A DNA stretch of 64,000 nucleotides from Treponemataceae bacterium (GTDB lineage Bacteria > Spirochaetota > Spirochaetia > Treponematales > Rectinemataceae), in assembly GCA_963667725.2 (NCBI GenBank), contig CAXXHO010000001.1, forward strand, positions 1 through 64,000. The letters run 5' to 3'. This document shows positions 1 through 11,294 of the stretch, in pieces. Made by a program: the position numbers and the translations under genes. The notes below the pieces were generated by a model that searched no databases, had not been told where the DNA came from, and saw nothing but the letters and a program-made list of their open reading frames with translations. Every line of letters begins with the position of its first letter. Position 1 is the first letter of the stretch.

Positions 1-337
1 CAAGAAGTCTTAAAGCCTCAGTCCCATACCCTTTGCCCCAATACGCTTGATTCCCAATGAAGATTCCTACTTCTGCCGTTTTATGAATATGATTGAGACT
101 CATAAGCCCAACATTGCCAATCAAAGTATCAGTCTCTTTATCTATAATGCCATACACATGTTCTTTTGATAACCTAATCAAGGCTTCTTTCTCAGTTTCA
201 TACGTAAGAACGCTTGTTCCTACAAGGAGATATTTATAAACATCCTCACAGTTGAGCCATTCGAGATAGAGATTAGTGTCTTCGAGATCAATTGGAGAAA
301 GATAGCATTTGTCACCAATGATTTTCTTGATATGCAT
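1..337 (-). CDS. GNAT acetyltransferase, RimJ/RimL type (partial, runs off the window)
   Basis: Manual translation MHIKKIIGDKCYLSPIDLEDTNLYLEWLN..., later TAEVGISLGIK...WGKGYG (acetyl-CoA-binding motif). Confidence 0.85.
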   Translation of the reverse strand, partial: MHIKKIIGDKCYLSPIDLEDTNLYLEWLNCEDVYKYLLVGTSVLTYETEKEALIRLSKEHVYGIIDKETDTLIGNVGLMSLNHIHKTAEVGIFIGNQAYWGKGYGTEALRLL

Positions 338-500
338 GGTACGCTCCAATGTAGATTCTTCATCCCCGGCGCCGGAGGCGTCCTTCTAACATTAGCTTAA
401 CCCTTAACGCGTACATTGGCGCGGTTTGTGCTTACGAGCGAAGCGAGTTGCACAAACCGTGACAATAGCGTTATAGGGTTGAAGCAGGTGTTGGACGTCT

Positions 501-914
501 TCACCTCTGATTCGTTTTGATCTTCTCTTCAACAATTCTATAGATCTCTTCGTTCTTCTCTTTTCCTAACCCCAATAGTATCTTCTCTGATTTCCCTACT
601 ATCATAACATAAGGCTTCTCTTTCTTTATCTCAAACAATCGTACCTTTCCTAATTCCTTATACGTAAACATTCCTATATTCATAAACCCTAGATTTATTC
701 CATTCGTCTTCAAGCCCCACATTGGTATTGAATCTAGTTTTCTTATTTCTTCTATATCTTTATATTCTATTTCTGTCCCATATAATCCATTAATCTTAAT
801 AGTATCTTCTAAAGCATCTACAGTTATTCCTTTGCCAAGAAGTACTGAAGAAAGAATAATGAATGCGGTAATGACTAGGGCGAGTATAATAGACTGTGGA
901 TTGTTTTTCTTCAT
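501..914 (-). CDS. Membrane-anchored bacterial PH-domain protein (paralog 1 of 3)
   Basis: N-terminal TM segment, GLKTNGINLG...GMF motif; close paralogs at 7365 and 8059. Confidence 0.7.
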   Translation of the reverse strand: MKKNNPQSIILALVITAFIILSSVLLGKGITVDALEDTIKINGLYGTEIEYKDIEEIRKLDSIPMWGLKTNGINLGFMNIGMFTYKELGKVRLFEIKKEKPYVMIVGKSEKILLGLGKEKNEEIYRIVEEKIKTNQR

Positions 915-1126
915 AGGATATCAGCCTTACTTTTACTAGAATAATCAATATTATATATATTGAAGCAACGAATATGACTATCTTATTTGCGCGCGTAAAG
1001 CGCGTCCGTCCAACATTAGCTTAACCCTTAACGCCTGTTCCTGAGCGAAGCGAAGGATTGGCGTGGTTTTTGCGTGATTTTGTCGCAAAAACCATGACAA
1101 AAGGCGTTATAGGGTTGAAGCAGTTG

Positions 1127-1876
1127 TTAGATGCTCCCACTTTCCCAATACAGTATACCTTCTTCATTGATTTCTTTCTGTTTTTCTATTATGCCATCAG
1201 CATTTACAACAATTGCTCCACCAAAGAAACTATCTTTCTCATTGATATAGTTTGTCATCAATACTCTTGTTTTAAGCTTTTTTACTTGATCCAAATAGTA
1301 GGGCTTTTCTTCATTATCCCATAATTCTTGTGAGAACAATTCATTATCACTACTTCGAGCTATAGGAACAATAACAACATCAGGATTACTTTCTTTAACA
1401 GCAGTAATAAGTTTGTCATCAAATAGATCACCACACACCAAATAGCCGTATGAACAATTTTCTATACTAAATTTAGATACCTTGTTTCCTTCTCGATAAA
1501 TGCCTTTATCTGCATTCCTACCATGCCAACCTGGACTTTGCCTGCGATAATGTCCTATTACCTTTCCCAATGGACTAATACAGACTACTGAATCGTAAAT
1601 ATGTTTGTTATCTCTTTCAATAAACCCTAATGATACATAAACTCCTTTTCTACAAGCGATCTCTTTAATTTGCTGCAAGCAGGACGAATCTAATAAAACT
1701 GCATATTTGTAATCATGCTCAGGATTATCATCAGTAACAAATCCAGTTAAGCATGCTTCAGGGAATATTATGAACTTGGCACTGTTTTTAGCTGCACTAT
1801 CAATTTAGGAGATAATACTATCTATATTTCGTTGGACATCATCACAAAGGGTTGGCACTATTAATGCATGTTTCAT
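1127..1876 (-). pseudogene. Carbon-nitrogen hydrolase (nitrilase family) with an in-frame stop
   Basis: ATG at 1876 (MKHALIVP...), TAA at 1805-1807 (codon 24); the frame continues through IIFPEACLTG and LVCGD motifs. Confidence 0.8.
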
Positions 1877-2104
1877 TCATTCTTCCGCAGGATGCACCTA
1901 ACATTGGCTTAACCCTTAACGCGTACATTGGCGTGGTTTGTGCTTCGCGAACGGAGTGAGCTGCACAAACCGTGACAATAGCGTTATAGGGTTGAAGCAG
2001 GTGTTAGGCGCTTTTCTTTTCTATAACTATAGTTACTTACACTTTTCACTTTGCGGTAAAGAAAACTCTTGACTTTTCACTAATATTGTACATACTTTGT
2101 AGGC

Positions 2105-2404
2105 ATGAAGGACATCTCCTTCGTTTGGGACCCCAGAAAGAACCTCATCAATCAAACCAAACATGATGGTGTTGATTTTGATGAAGCTAAAACAGTCTTC
2201 TATGATGAATATGCTCGAGTGATTTATGACCCTGAGCATTCTGACGAAGAAGACCGTTTTATTATATTGGGCCTAAGTATCAAGCTTAGGCTTTTAGTCG
2301 TTTGCCATTGCTATCGCGAATCGGATTCCATCATCCGTTTGATTTCGGCAAGAAAAGCCACGAAGAAGGAGGAAACCTCCTATGAAGAATACCGAAATGC
2401 GTGA
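2105..2404 (+). CDS. brnT: BrnT family toxin
   Basis: FVWDPRKN...KHDGVDFDEA...EDRF...IRLISARKA motifs; cassette inverted, candidate own promoter TTGACT-N16-CATACT at 2069-2096. Confidence 0.92.
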   Translation: MKDISFVWDPRKNLINQTKHDGVDFDEAKTVFYDEYARVIYDPEHSDEEDRFIILGLSIKLRLLVVCHCYRESDSIIRLISARKATKKEETSYEEYRNA

Positions 2405-2606
2405 GAACTACGATTTCGCTAAATCGGTTAAGAACCCTTACCTTACGAGACTCAAGAAGTCTATTACGATTAGGCTTGATGAAGACACTATTTCATACTT
2501 TAAGGATTTGGCCAAAGAATCCGGCATACCCTATCAGACTTTGATCAATTATTTCTTATCTCAATGTGCTAAAGAGAAGAAGAAACCAGAAGTCATTTGG
2601 GGATAG
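2382..2606 (+). CDS. brnA: BrnA family antitoxin (alternative start 2397)
   Basis: RENYDF...KKSITIRLDEDTISYFK...GIPYQTLIN motif; overlaps brnT. Confidence 0.9.
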   Translation: MKNTEMRENYDFAKSVKNPYLTRLKKSITIRLDEDTISYFKDLAKESGIPYQTLINYFLSQCAKEKKKPEVIWG

Positions 2607-2829
2607 GCCGTAATCTACTCAAGATAATTGCTTTTAAGACTCAGAATAGATCAAATTCCTATGCGCGCGCGTTTAGCGCGTCCGCCTAACATTGGCTTAA
2701 CCCTTAACGCGTACATTGGCGCGGTTTGTGCCTACGAGCGAAGCGAGTTGCACAAACCGTGACAATAGCGTTATAGGGTTGAAGCAGGTGTTAGGTATCT
2801 TTTTTAATACTATTGTACCTTTATCAAAG

Positions 2830-3240
2830 TCAGAAATACCATGTCCCCAATATTTTATGAATAAAACGATTTTCGATTCCCTCATCATATATAGTACCAC
2901 TATATAGCAAATAATACATACCAGGTTGTGCTAGATATAACTCAATCCTTCCTCCACTTTTTAGTATTACAGAACCATATGAACAGTCTTGCGTTACGTC
3001 TTTATACGATGCGGTTGTTGAAACAGTGCCAGTCCACATTAGGCTGCGACCACAAAAATATATATTAGTGGTAATGCTATTATCTTCATTATTTTCTGAT
3101 ATCGCATTTGTATTTGGAGTAAGCCATATTGATTGTGGCCTTGAAACCTTCAGATTGGTATTATTATTTTCTAGACTGCAACTGTAGAATAGCATAAAAA
3201 ATAAAACACCAACTACTAAAGGCTTAACCACTCTTCTCAT
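2830..3240 (-). CDS. Hypothetical lipoprotein
   Basis: AGGAGG before ATG 3240; signal peptide ending FYSC. Confidence 0.65.
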   Translation of the reverse strand: MRRVVKPLVVGVLFFMLFYSCSLENNNTNLKVSRPQSIWLTPNTNAISENNEDNSITTNIYFCGRSLMWTGTVSTTASYKDVTQDCSYGSVILKSGGRIELYLAQPGMYYLLYSGTIYDEGIENRFIHKILGTWYF

Positions 3241-3559
3241 AAAAATCCTCCTTGAAGTCATAATTTGCTCTAAACTATTTATTTTCAAATTAATGCTTTT
3301 TACCAGTGTAATAATGCATAGTACTATTTACACTTATATTTATTTAAAACTATACCATTATATCTCAAGAACACCTATAGCTTAACTTTTTCTATAGATC
3401 ATTTTTTATCCGCGCCCGCAGGGTCTACCTAACATTGGCTTAACCTTTAAATCCGCGCCTGAGCTACTGCGAAGGCTTGGCGTGGTTTGTGCATTGTTGT
3501 TCCTGCACAAACCATGACAAAGGATTTACAAGGTTGAAGCAGGTGTTAGGTGTCTCGTT

Positions 3560-4213
3560 TCAATGATTAGCCTCAATCACTTTATTTAGTATTTCCCTGT
3601 CTTGATAAGTATTACTTAGTTCTTTTATTCTTTCTTTAACCATTCCATTGGTATCTTCATACTCTTCAAAACTATATACCTTGTTATTCCCTTTTGAGAA
3701 CAAAGTATAAATGTCTTCAGTATTCTCCAGTACCTTTAAAAAGTACCAATAATTCCTTCGTTTCAAGTAATGATAAAGCAAGTGCCCATTAGGATGTATT
3801 GAACCATCCATTACCATATACCGCCAAAGTTCAATCTTAAATCCTAACGGTAAGTCTTCTCTTATGAGATCTTCTTTATGAAAGCCTTTAATGACTTCTT
3901 TATATCGAGCTATCGCTTGATCAAACGCTGACTCTACATCACTAAGCACTTTCACTTTATCTTGTTCATACCACACTTTATTTGCTTTTCTAAAGTCGTC
4001 GACATCATTAAAAGGAACCTTATCTAGAATACTTTGAAGCTTATCTGATGAAAATGATATCCATCGCGTTATATGTGCAACAGCGTCTTTATAACTCCAA
4101 TCTTGATAAGAACTATCCTCAAGCTTTTCAGACTTACATGTTTCAATGAACTCTTTGATATTTCTACTAGTTTTATCGATCTCGACACTAATACTTTCAA
4201 CATCAAAAAGCAT
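3560..4213 (-). CDS. DinB/ClbS-DfsB-like four-helix-bundle protein
   Basis: WSYKDAVAHITRW motif and a later HxxxH. Confidence 0.65.
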   Translation of the reverse strand: MLFDVESISVEIDKTSRNIKEFIETCKSEKLEDSSYQDWSYKDAVAHITRWISFSSDKLQSILDKVPFNDVDDFRKANKVWYEQDKVKVLSDVESAFDQAIARYKEVIKGFHKEDLIREDLPLGFKIELWRYMVMDGSIHPNGHLLYHYLKRRNYWYFLKVLENTEDIYTLFSKGNNKVYSFEEYEDTNGMVKERIKELSNTYQDREILNKVIEANH

Positions 4214-4381
4214 GTGGCATCTCCCTATTTATCTGCGCGATAGCGTCCACCTAACATTGGCTTAACCCTTAACGCCTGCTCCTGAGCGAAGCGAAGGATT
4301 GGCATGGTTTTTGCGTCATCTTCTAGCAAAAACCATGACAAAAGGCGTTATAGGGTTGAAGCTTTTGTTATGTGTCTTTTA

Positions 4382-5690
4382 TGTACACATCAGGGACATC
4401 GTTTACAAAACCTCAAGGACATCGTTTACACATTAAACTATGCTTTTCCTAGGGGGAAAGCATATGCCTTGGAGGAATACAACGATTATGGACGAGAAAT
4501 ACTTCTTCATCAATGAGTACCTGGCTCACAGACATACAATAACAGAACTCTGTAAGCAGTTTGGAATATCCCGAACCCTGGGGTACAAATACATTGAACG
4601 CTTTAACCACATGGGTTTTACCGGGCTTAATGAGCTTTCAAGAAAGCCTAAATCATGCCCTACTAAAACACCCGTAAGAATTGCCAAGAACATAATTTCA
4701 ATACGAAACAAGCATCCTCGATACGGTGCTGATAAAATCAAAACCATACTCGAAAGGGATATGCCAGATATGCAGTGGCCATCTCAAACGACAATTCATA
4801 CAATCTTAAAAATCGAAGGGCTAATACCCGAGAGGAAAACCAACCGCCATATCTATCCCTGTAATCCAAAGTTTGACCCCAAAGAAATAAACGATATGTG
4901 GGGCATTGATTACAAGGGAAAAATGCGATTGATTAATGCAGTATATTCATATCCCCTTACTATTACCGATTCATTTTCCCGTTTTATTTTGGCTGCTGAT
5001 GCTCTTGCAAGTCCCACTACAGAAGCTACAAAAGCAGTATTTATAAGGGTTTTCGAGGACTTTGGCTTGCCGAATTATATTCACAGCGATAATGGAGTGC
5101 CTTTTGCAGGATCAACATCATTGGCTCGCTTATCAAGTCTCTCTGTATGGTTCATTGAACTTGGTATTATGCCTGTGTACTCGGATCCTGCTAAGCCCGG
5201 TCAAAATGGCAGACATGAACGAATGCATAAAGAATTAAAAGCAGAAACGGCAAGTCCATTACCAAGATCTCATAATGAGTTACAGAAACGCTTAAATGCT
5301 TTTATTAAAGAGTACAATGAATACCGTCCTCATCAAGCGCTTAATAATAACACACCAGCAAGCATCTATAAACGATCAGAACGTGTATATCCTCAAAGTA
5401 TTGAACCGTGGGATTATCCTGGAGCGTTCGAAGTTAAAAGAGTTCTGAAGAATGGTGCTATACGCTGGGGTAATCATAACTGGATAATGGTTGCTACACC
5501 GCTTATTGGCAAAGACATTGGTCTCGAAGAAATCAGCGATGGCCTTTTTCGCGTCTATTTTAGGTTCAAGCTCCTTGGATATCTTGACGCCAGAAAACTA
5601 AGAATACAAGATATACAAGGACGCTTGAAGCGACAATAAAAGTGTAAACGATGTCCTTGTAGTTTTGTAAACTATGTCCTAGTTAGTACA
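4382..5690 (+). mobile_element. IS481-family insertion sequence, copy 1 (1309 bp, target duplication TTTA)
   Basis: TGT...ACA ends, imperfect ~50-bp IRs with doubled GGACATCGTTTACA sub-repeats, 4-bp flanking duplication. Confidence 0.93.
4464..5639 (+). CDS. IS481-family DDE transposase
   Basis: MPW... N-terminal HTH; rve core WGIDYKG, HSDNGVPF, QNGRHERMH, YNEYRPHQAL. Confidence 0.93.
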   Translation: MPWRNTTIMDEKYFFINEYLAHRHTITELCKQFGISRTLGYKYIERFNHMGFTGLNELSRKPKSCPTKTPVRIAKNIISIRNKHPRYGADKIKTILERDMPDMQWPSQTTIHTILKIEGLIPERKTNRHIYPCNPKFDPKEINDMWGIDYKGKMRLINAVYSYPLTITDSFSRFILAADALASPTTEATKAVFIRVFEDFGLPNYIHSDNGVPFAGSTSLARLSSLSVWFIELGIMPVYSDPAKPGQNGRHERMHKELKAETASPLPRSHNELQKRLNAFIKEYNEYRPHQALNNNTPASIYKRSERVYPQSIEPWDYPGAFEVKRVLKNGAIRWGNHNWIMVATPLIGKDIGLEEISDGLFRVYFRFKLLGYLDARKLRIQDIQGRLKRQ

Positions 5691-5691
5691 T

Positions 5692-6273
5692 TTAAAAATA
5701 TTTTTCACCAATTTTTATAGTTTCATTATCACTATCAAATATTAATGTTACGTAAGTTTCTGTTTCATATGCTTTATTATTACTATTCTCAATTGCAGCA
5801 AAAGATATACTTTGAGGATAACTAATAACATCATCACTCAAGCCAAGCAAAGTGTCTTCGCCATATTTTAAATCCTTATAATCATATATAATATTATAGC
5901 TTTTATTATAGACATATTTATCTGTAACCAAGCCCCATATCTGCTTAACATTATTTTCCACTGAGTAAATATAATAGCATTCTACAACCTTTTTATTAAT
6001 CCTTTCATTTGGATCAAAATACTCTTTCCCCCCCAATTTTACTGCTATAAAAAATTCTCCATACTTTCTTATAAGTTCATCTTTATTTTTTTCTCTTAAT
6101 CCAAAATTGAATCTATATATAACGAGACCCTTCGGTTCTTCAAGACATCCAATGCTTTGTGGAAATAATTCAAATAGAATACATGTTAATAGTATAAGTA
6201 TAGCTATGAGTATTCTTCTCTTTATGCTATAAATATTCAATTTGATACCATTAATTTTCATATTATCATCCAC
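5692..6273 (-). CDS. Hypothetical membrane-anchored protein
   Basis: ORF fills the cassette; N-terminal hydrophobic segment. Confidence 0.7.
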   Translation of the reverse strand: MDDNMKINGIKLNIYSIKRRILIAILILLTCILFELFPQSIGCLEEPKGLVIYRFNFGLREKNKDELIRKYGEFFIAVKLGGKEYFDPNERINKKVVECYYIYSVENNVKQIWGLVTDKYVYNKSYNIIYDYKDLKYGEDTLLGLSDDVISYPQSISFAAIENSNNKAYETETYVTLIFDSDNETIKIGEKYF

Positions 6274-6442
6274 TTTAACATACTAATGTTCTCATCTACT
6301 GCCCGTAGGGTCCACATAACATTAGCTTAACCTTTAAATCCGCGCCTGAGCGGAGCGAAGGCTTGGCGTGGTTTGTGCATTGTTGTTCTTGCACAAACCA
6401 TGACAAAGGATTTATAAGGTTGAAGCAGTTGTTAGGCGTAAG

Positions 6443-7162
6443 TTACTTTCTAATACTACATTTACTAGTATTTTCATAAAATTGCATTGTATTTTCGTAC
6501 ATATCCTTTATATGATCACTACTTTCAATAGATACATTTTTCGCATAATCTTTATAAAGTAACTGAAAACCTAAAGGAAAAACACCAATCGTCCAATCTA
6601 TAGCATATTCAGCGTTAATAGCTTCTTTTTTTAATGGAATTTTGTACTTTGTTATCATTTTTGAATAATTTACTTCCCAAATTGGCTCTTGGCTAATTCT
6701 TTTTATTGCCATATCATCAAGAGCACCACCTGTCCAATTTTGATATTCTTGTAATTTATTAGCAATAACAATAGGTAATCCCCATAAAAGATTGTTTTCC
6801 ATATCATAACTTATTTCGCCATATGAAACTCCTACTCTAGCTTTCATATTCCCTTCATATAAAGAATAAAATATTAGATGTTGAATAAATTGAATCAATT
6901 CTACTATGTTCTTTTGCCTATCTTCTTTTGTAAAAATCAATATTGTATCGGAAAACCATATTAAGTTCAAATACTCGTTTTTTTTAAAATCATTTATTGT
7001 TGGTAAAGATTCATTATTAATTTTAATACCTAAGCTTAAAGCAAGTACTTTTTTAAACCATGAAATATGTTTACTTTCAATTTCCTCAAGGCTTTTTTCC
7101 TTTAGCAGATTTGAAAAGCCCATAACATCACAAACAGCTATCATTTGATTGCTCATCTTCAC
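6443..7162 (-). CDS. Class III nucleotidyl cyclase-like (adenylate/guanylate cyclase fold) protein
   Basis: CDVMGFS...FSDTILI...RVGVSYGEI...WGLPIVIANKLQE. Confidence 0.6.
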   Translation of the reverse strand: MKMSNQMIAVCDVMGFSNLLKEKSLEEIESKHISWFKKVLALSLGIKINNESLPTINDFKKNEYLNLIWFSDTILIFTKEDRQKNIVELIQFIQHLIFYSLYEGNMKARVGVSYGEISYDMENNLLWGLPIVIANKLQEYQNWTGGALDDMAIKRISQEPIWEVNYSKMITKYKIPLKKEAINAEYAIDWTIGVFPLGFQLLYKDYAKNVSIESSDHIKDMYENTMQFYENTSKCSIRK

Positions 7163-7364
7163 TACCTTTTTTGCGCCGAAGGCGTCCGCCTAACATTGGC
7201 TTAACCCTTAACGCGTACATTGGCGCGGTTTGTGCTTGCGAGCGAAGCGAGTTGCACAAACCGTGACAATAGCGTTATAGGGTTGAAGCAGGTGTTGGAC
7301 GATTCCCTTGTACTTAATACTTAACTTCACTTTTTGTTACTAGCTTGATCACCTTGAACTATCT

Positions 7365-7778
7365 TCACTTATTAGTATTTTTTATCTTCTCTTCAACAAT
7401 TCTATAGATCTCTTCGTTCTTCTCTTTTCCTAACCCAATTATTATCTTCTCTGTCTTTCCTACTATCATTACATAAGGCTTCTCTTTCTTTATCTCAAAC
7501 AATCGTACTTTTCCTAGGTCTTTATAAGTAAACATTCCTATATTTATAAACCCTAAGTTTATTCCATTCGTCTTCAAGCCCCATAATGGTATTGTATCTA
7601 GTTCTTTTATACCTTCTATATCTTTATATGCTATCTCCGTCCCATATAACCCATTAATCTTAAGTGTGTTTTCTGAAGCATCGACAGATATTCCTTTACT
7701 GAGGAAGAGAGAAGAAAGCATGATGATTGCTGTTATGACCAAAGCGAGTATTATGGACTGCAGATTGCTTTTCTTCAT
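7365..7778 (-). CDS. Bacterial PH-domain protein (paralog 2)
   Basis: Highly similar to 501-914. Confidence 0.7.
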   Translation of the reverse strand: MKKSNLQSIILALVITAIIMLSSLFLSKGISVDASENTLKINGLYGTEIAYKDIEGIKELDTIPLWGLKTNGINLGFINIGMFTYKDLGKVRLFEIKKEKPYVMIVGKTEKIIIGLGKEKNEEIYRIVEEKIKNTNK

Positions 7779-8058
7779 AGCATCAGCCTTTCTATTACTC
7801 AGAGCATTTAAATTTCGCAGATAAAAGCATTTGAATAGCCTATCTTCTTTTGCGCGCGCGGAGCGCGTCCGTCCAACATTAGCTTAACCCTTAACGCGTA
7901 CATTGGCGCGGTTTGTGCTTATGAGCGAAGCGAATTGCACAAACCGTGACAATAGCGTTATAGGGTTGAAGCAGGTGTTGGACGATTTCCTTTAAATAAA
8001 ATCACTAATCTGCTATCTGCCATCAACTTATTCATCTTTATAAAGTATCAGCCTATCT

Positions 8059-8472
8059 TCACCTATTAGTATTTCTTATCTTCTCTTCAACAATTCTATA
8101 GATCTCTTCGTTCTTCTCTCTTCCTAACCCTATTACTATCTTCTCTGTCTTTCCTACTATAATAACATAAGGCTTCTCTTTCTTGATCTCAAATAATCTT
8201 ACCTTTCCTAATTCCTTATACGTAAACATTCCTATATTCATAAACCCTAAGTTTATTCCATTCGTCTTTAGGCCCCAGATTGGTATCGTTTCAAGCTCTT
8301 GTACATCTTCTATATCTTTATATGCTATTTCAGTTCCATATAATCCATTAATCTTAAGAGTATTTTCTAAAGTCTCTACAGATATTCCTTTACTAAGAAA
8401 GATTGAAAAAAGCATAATGACTGCAGTTATTACTAACGCGAGTATAATAGAATGCAGATTGTTTTTCTTCAT
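8059..8472 (-). CDS. Bacterial PH-domain protein (paralog 3)
   Basis: Highly similar to 501-914. Confidence 0.7.
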   Translation of the reverse strand: MKKNNLHSIILALVITAVIMLFSIFLSKGISVETLENTLKINGLYGTEIAYKDIEDVQELETIPIWGLKTNGINLGFMNIGMFTYKELGKVRLFEIKKEKPYVIIVGKTEKIVIGLGREKNEEIYRIVEEKIRNTNR

Positions 8473-8677
8473 GGTATAAGCCTTACAATTACTCTGAATA
8501 TTTCGAATTTGCAGATGACAGTATCAGAATAGCCTATCTTTTTTGCGCGCGCGAAGCGCGTCCGTCCAACATTGGCTTAACCGGTAATTCCGCGCCCGAA
8601 GGGCTTGGCGCGCAGTTTGCTAACGAGCGCAGCGAGCGCAAACTGCGTGACAAAGGAATTATCCGGTTGAAGCAGTT

Positions 8678-9239
8678 GTTAGGTCAATTTTCGTTTTTTG
8701 CCTTAACACCTTTGCAGCTATCAAGATACATGCCATGGCAAAAGCAATACTTATGCTAAAGGCTCTGTCTTTCATCGTGCATAGAACATATTTCTTCAGA
8801 CATAAGCTTCTATTATCTTGATCTTCAATCTTGACCTATTTCTCTTTTCCACTGCTTCAATCTTTCTTAAACAATATTTACCTTTATTTTCTTCGTTTTT
8901 TGAAGCAAGAAATATTCTCTTCTCCGTATACTTTGTATAATGAAGAATACAAGAACAGATCGCAATCGTAAGCAAGCTTACATTTTATCTGTTCTTGTAT
9001 TCTTCAATAGTACATTGTGTATGGTTTGCCCATTTTTCTTGGATCAATGCTTTAAGAAAATATTCCAAAATTGTTCTTTCTGTAGAATTTAGACAGGATA
9101 CTATTCAGGATAATTGAAAGCCATACTAAGTTTGCCGTTGAAGTAAGCACCATGAAAGCTGGTATCAAGCACGGGATTATGATCTTCCATGCCAATCACA
9201 CGTTGCCGTAGTGCGCCGCGTCAGCGGCGTCGACCTAAC
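8678..9239 (-). repeat. 562-bp cassette without a long ORF, copy at array position 29
   Basis: Near-identical to four other cassettes; no ORF of 60 aa or more; internal 20-bp inverted repeat. Confidence 0.9.
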
Positions 9240-9382
9240 ATTGGCTTAACCCTTAACGCGTACATTGGCGTGGTTTGTGCTTCGCGAACGCAGTGAGCTG
9301 CACAAACCATGACAATAGCGTTATAGGGTTGAAGCATGTGTTGGGTGTCTTATCTTATCTTTCTTTAATAAATACATTTATT

Positions 9383-9835
9383 CTAAATCTCTTTTCTCAT
9401 ACACACACTATATTCCATTCCCTTATATTGCCAATAATTATCTATTATTACATACATCAAACTTTTGTAAAGGCTTATTGCTGGTATAAATGTTTTACTT
9501 GTCTCTAGTAGTAATGTCTTTATATTTTTCTCTTTCGCTATGGCTTCTATTTTTTTCATCATTATTCTTGCTATCCCTGCTTTTCTATATTCTTTCTTTA
9601 CATATACTCTTTTTACTTCAAAAACATTCTCTTCAAGCTTTTTTATTGAAGCACAACCAATTGGCTTCATATTATCATAAGCAATAATTATATCTCTAAT
9701 TCCATCAAGCTTATTATATCTATTATATTGATTTTGAATTGACCCATTTTTTTCAAGAAACTCTAAATCCAATTCATTTGTTAACGAAATGAAATCTTCA
9801 TTTACTTCAGTAAAGTATTTATAAGTTATGTTCAT
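9383..9835 (-). CDS. GNAT acetyltransferase
   Basis: EVKRVYVKKEYRKAGIA motif. Confidence 0.9.
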   Translation of the reverse strand: MNITYKYFTEVNEDFISLTNELDLEFLEKNGSIQNQYNRYNKLDGIRDIIIAYDNMKPIGCASIKKLEENVFEVKRVYVKKEYRKAGIARIMMKKIEAIAKEKNIKTLLLETSKTFIPAISLYKSLMYVIIDNYWQYKGMEYSVCMRKEI

Positions 9836-10130
9836 TATGATCTTCCTATCCGCGCGCGCAGCGTCCACCCAACATTGGCTTAACCCTTAACGCGTACATT
9901 GGCGCGGTTTGTGCTTGCGAGCGAAGCAAGCTGCACAAACCGTGACAATAGCGTTATAGGGTTGAAGCAGGTGTTAGAAATCTTCTTTTACCATTATTAC
10001 TACATGCTGCATTTCATCAAAACATGAGTAAACTATTCTCTTGATAAGCTTTAATTCTCTTAACAATAGTACTTTCTTACATTCTCTTTATCTTTCTTAA
10101 CCAAAATCCTTTCCCTCTTCTCTTTCTTAA

Positions 10131-10478
10131 CTAAAGAACATCTTCTTTCCTAACATATTGTAGATAATCATCTCTTCTTGGACTAAATACTTCTAATGCT
10201 ACTGAGTCTTCAAGTATTTCTGCCTTATGCCTTACATTCGATTCAATATTCCAACTATCTCCTGGTTTTAGGTCTTTTGGCCTTCCATCAATAAAAAGCC
10301 GTATTGATCCTTTTACCAAGTAGCCTGTTTGTTCAGGAACATGATTATGTTCTGGAAGTACAGCACCTTTAGTAAGCATAAATTCTACCATTATTGAATT
10401 TGTGCCATAATTGAGAGACTTTATGCTTATTCCAGGTAGTATCTCTTTATAACCAGCATCTGAAGAAACACCAAACAT
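10131..10478 (-). CDS. Cupin domain protein (copy 1 of 3)
   Basis: PEHNHVPEQTGY...H cupin motifs. Confidence 0.9.
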   Translation of the reverse strand: MFGVSSDAGYKEILPGISIKSLNYGTNSIMVEFMLTKGAVLPEHNHVPEQTGYLVKGSIRLFIDGRPKDLKPGDSWNIESNVRHKAEILEDSVALEVFSPRRDDYLQYVRKEDVL

Positions 10479-10731
10479 ATGAACTCCACTAAATTGAACT
10501 TATTGAAACGAGATCTTATCTTCCTGCGCGGGAGCGTCTTTCTAACATTGGCTTAACCTTTAAATCCGCGCCTGAGCTACTGCGAGGGCTTGGCGTGGTT
10601 TGTGCTCTTCGTTTCTTGCACAAACCATGACAAAGGATTTATAAGGTTGAAGCATTTGTTAGACTTGACATTTGACTTTTACACACATACTATATACATA
10701 TATTATATATTTACTCTATCAGGAGGTTCTT

Positions 10732-10977
10732 ATGCTTGCACTTTATAATCGTAACGCTCCCAAAAAACCCACGAACCTTACTATTAACAGTGATTTACTC
10801 ATTAAGGCAAAAGAACTTAAGATAAATATATCATCGGTCCTAGAACAAGCTCTTGCTGAAAGACTTAAGCAGACTCAAAAAGATGAATGGCTAATGGAAA
10901 ATTCTGAATCTATCGCAAGCTATAACGAGCATATTGAGCAATTTGGTATTTTTAGCGATACAGTAAGGACATTCTAA
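10732..10977 (+). CDS. ccdA: CcdA family antitoxin
   Basis: AGGAGG RBS; KKPTNLTINSDLL...INIS...WLMEN...YNEHIEQFGIFSD. Confidence 0.9.
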   Translation: MLALYNRNAPKKPTNLTINSDLLIKAKELKINISSVLEQALAERLKQTQKDEWLMENSESIASYNEHIEQFGIFSDTVRTF

Positions 10978-11294
10978 TGGCACAATTCGATCTCTATTCA
11001 AACACTAACCACGTAACTAAAGCCATATATCCTTATCTTCTTGATGTTCAATCACCTTTGCTTGATTCTCTAGACACAAGGCTTGTAATACCATTAGCCC
11101 TAACTTCAAGATTTAAGGAAAAGGCTATAAAAAACTTGACTCCAGAAATTACAATCAAAGGGCATACTTATCTAGTTTTGACGCCACAAATGGCAGCTAT
11201 TAGTAAGAAAAGCCTTGGAATCTTTATCATGGATCTAGCAAGCAGCCGTACCACTATTATCTCGGCGATTGATTTCCTAATTACGGGATTTTAA
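10977..11294 (+). CDS. ccdB: CcdB family toxin
   Basis: MAQFDLY...PYLLDVQS.LL...TRLVIPL...AIDFLITGF; 1-nt overlap with ccdA; inverted cassette. Confidence 0.92.
   Translation: MAQFDLYSNTNHVTKAIYPYLLDVQSPLLDSLDTRLVIPLALTSRFKEKAIKNLTPEITIKGHTYLVLTPQMAAISKKSLGIFIMDLASSRTTIISAIDFLITGF

Noticed and set aside
4440..4463. Hairpin ATGCTTTTCC/GGGAAAGCAT at the transposase start as a novel element
   Set aside because: RBS-sequestering hairpins are a common IS control feature; the real start is more likely ATG 4464.
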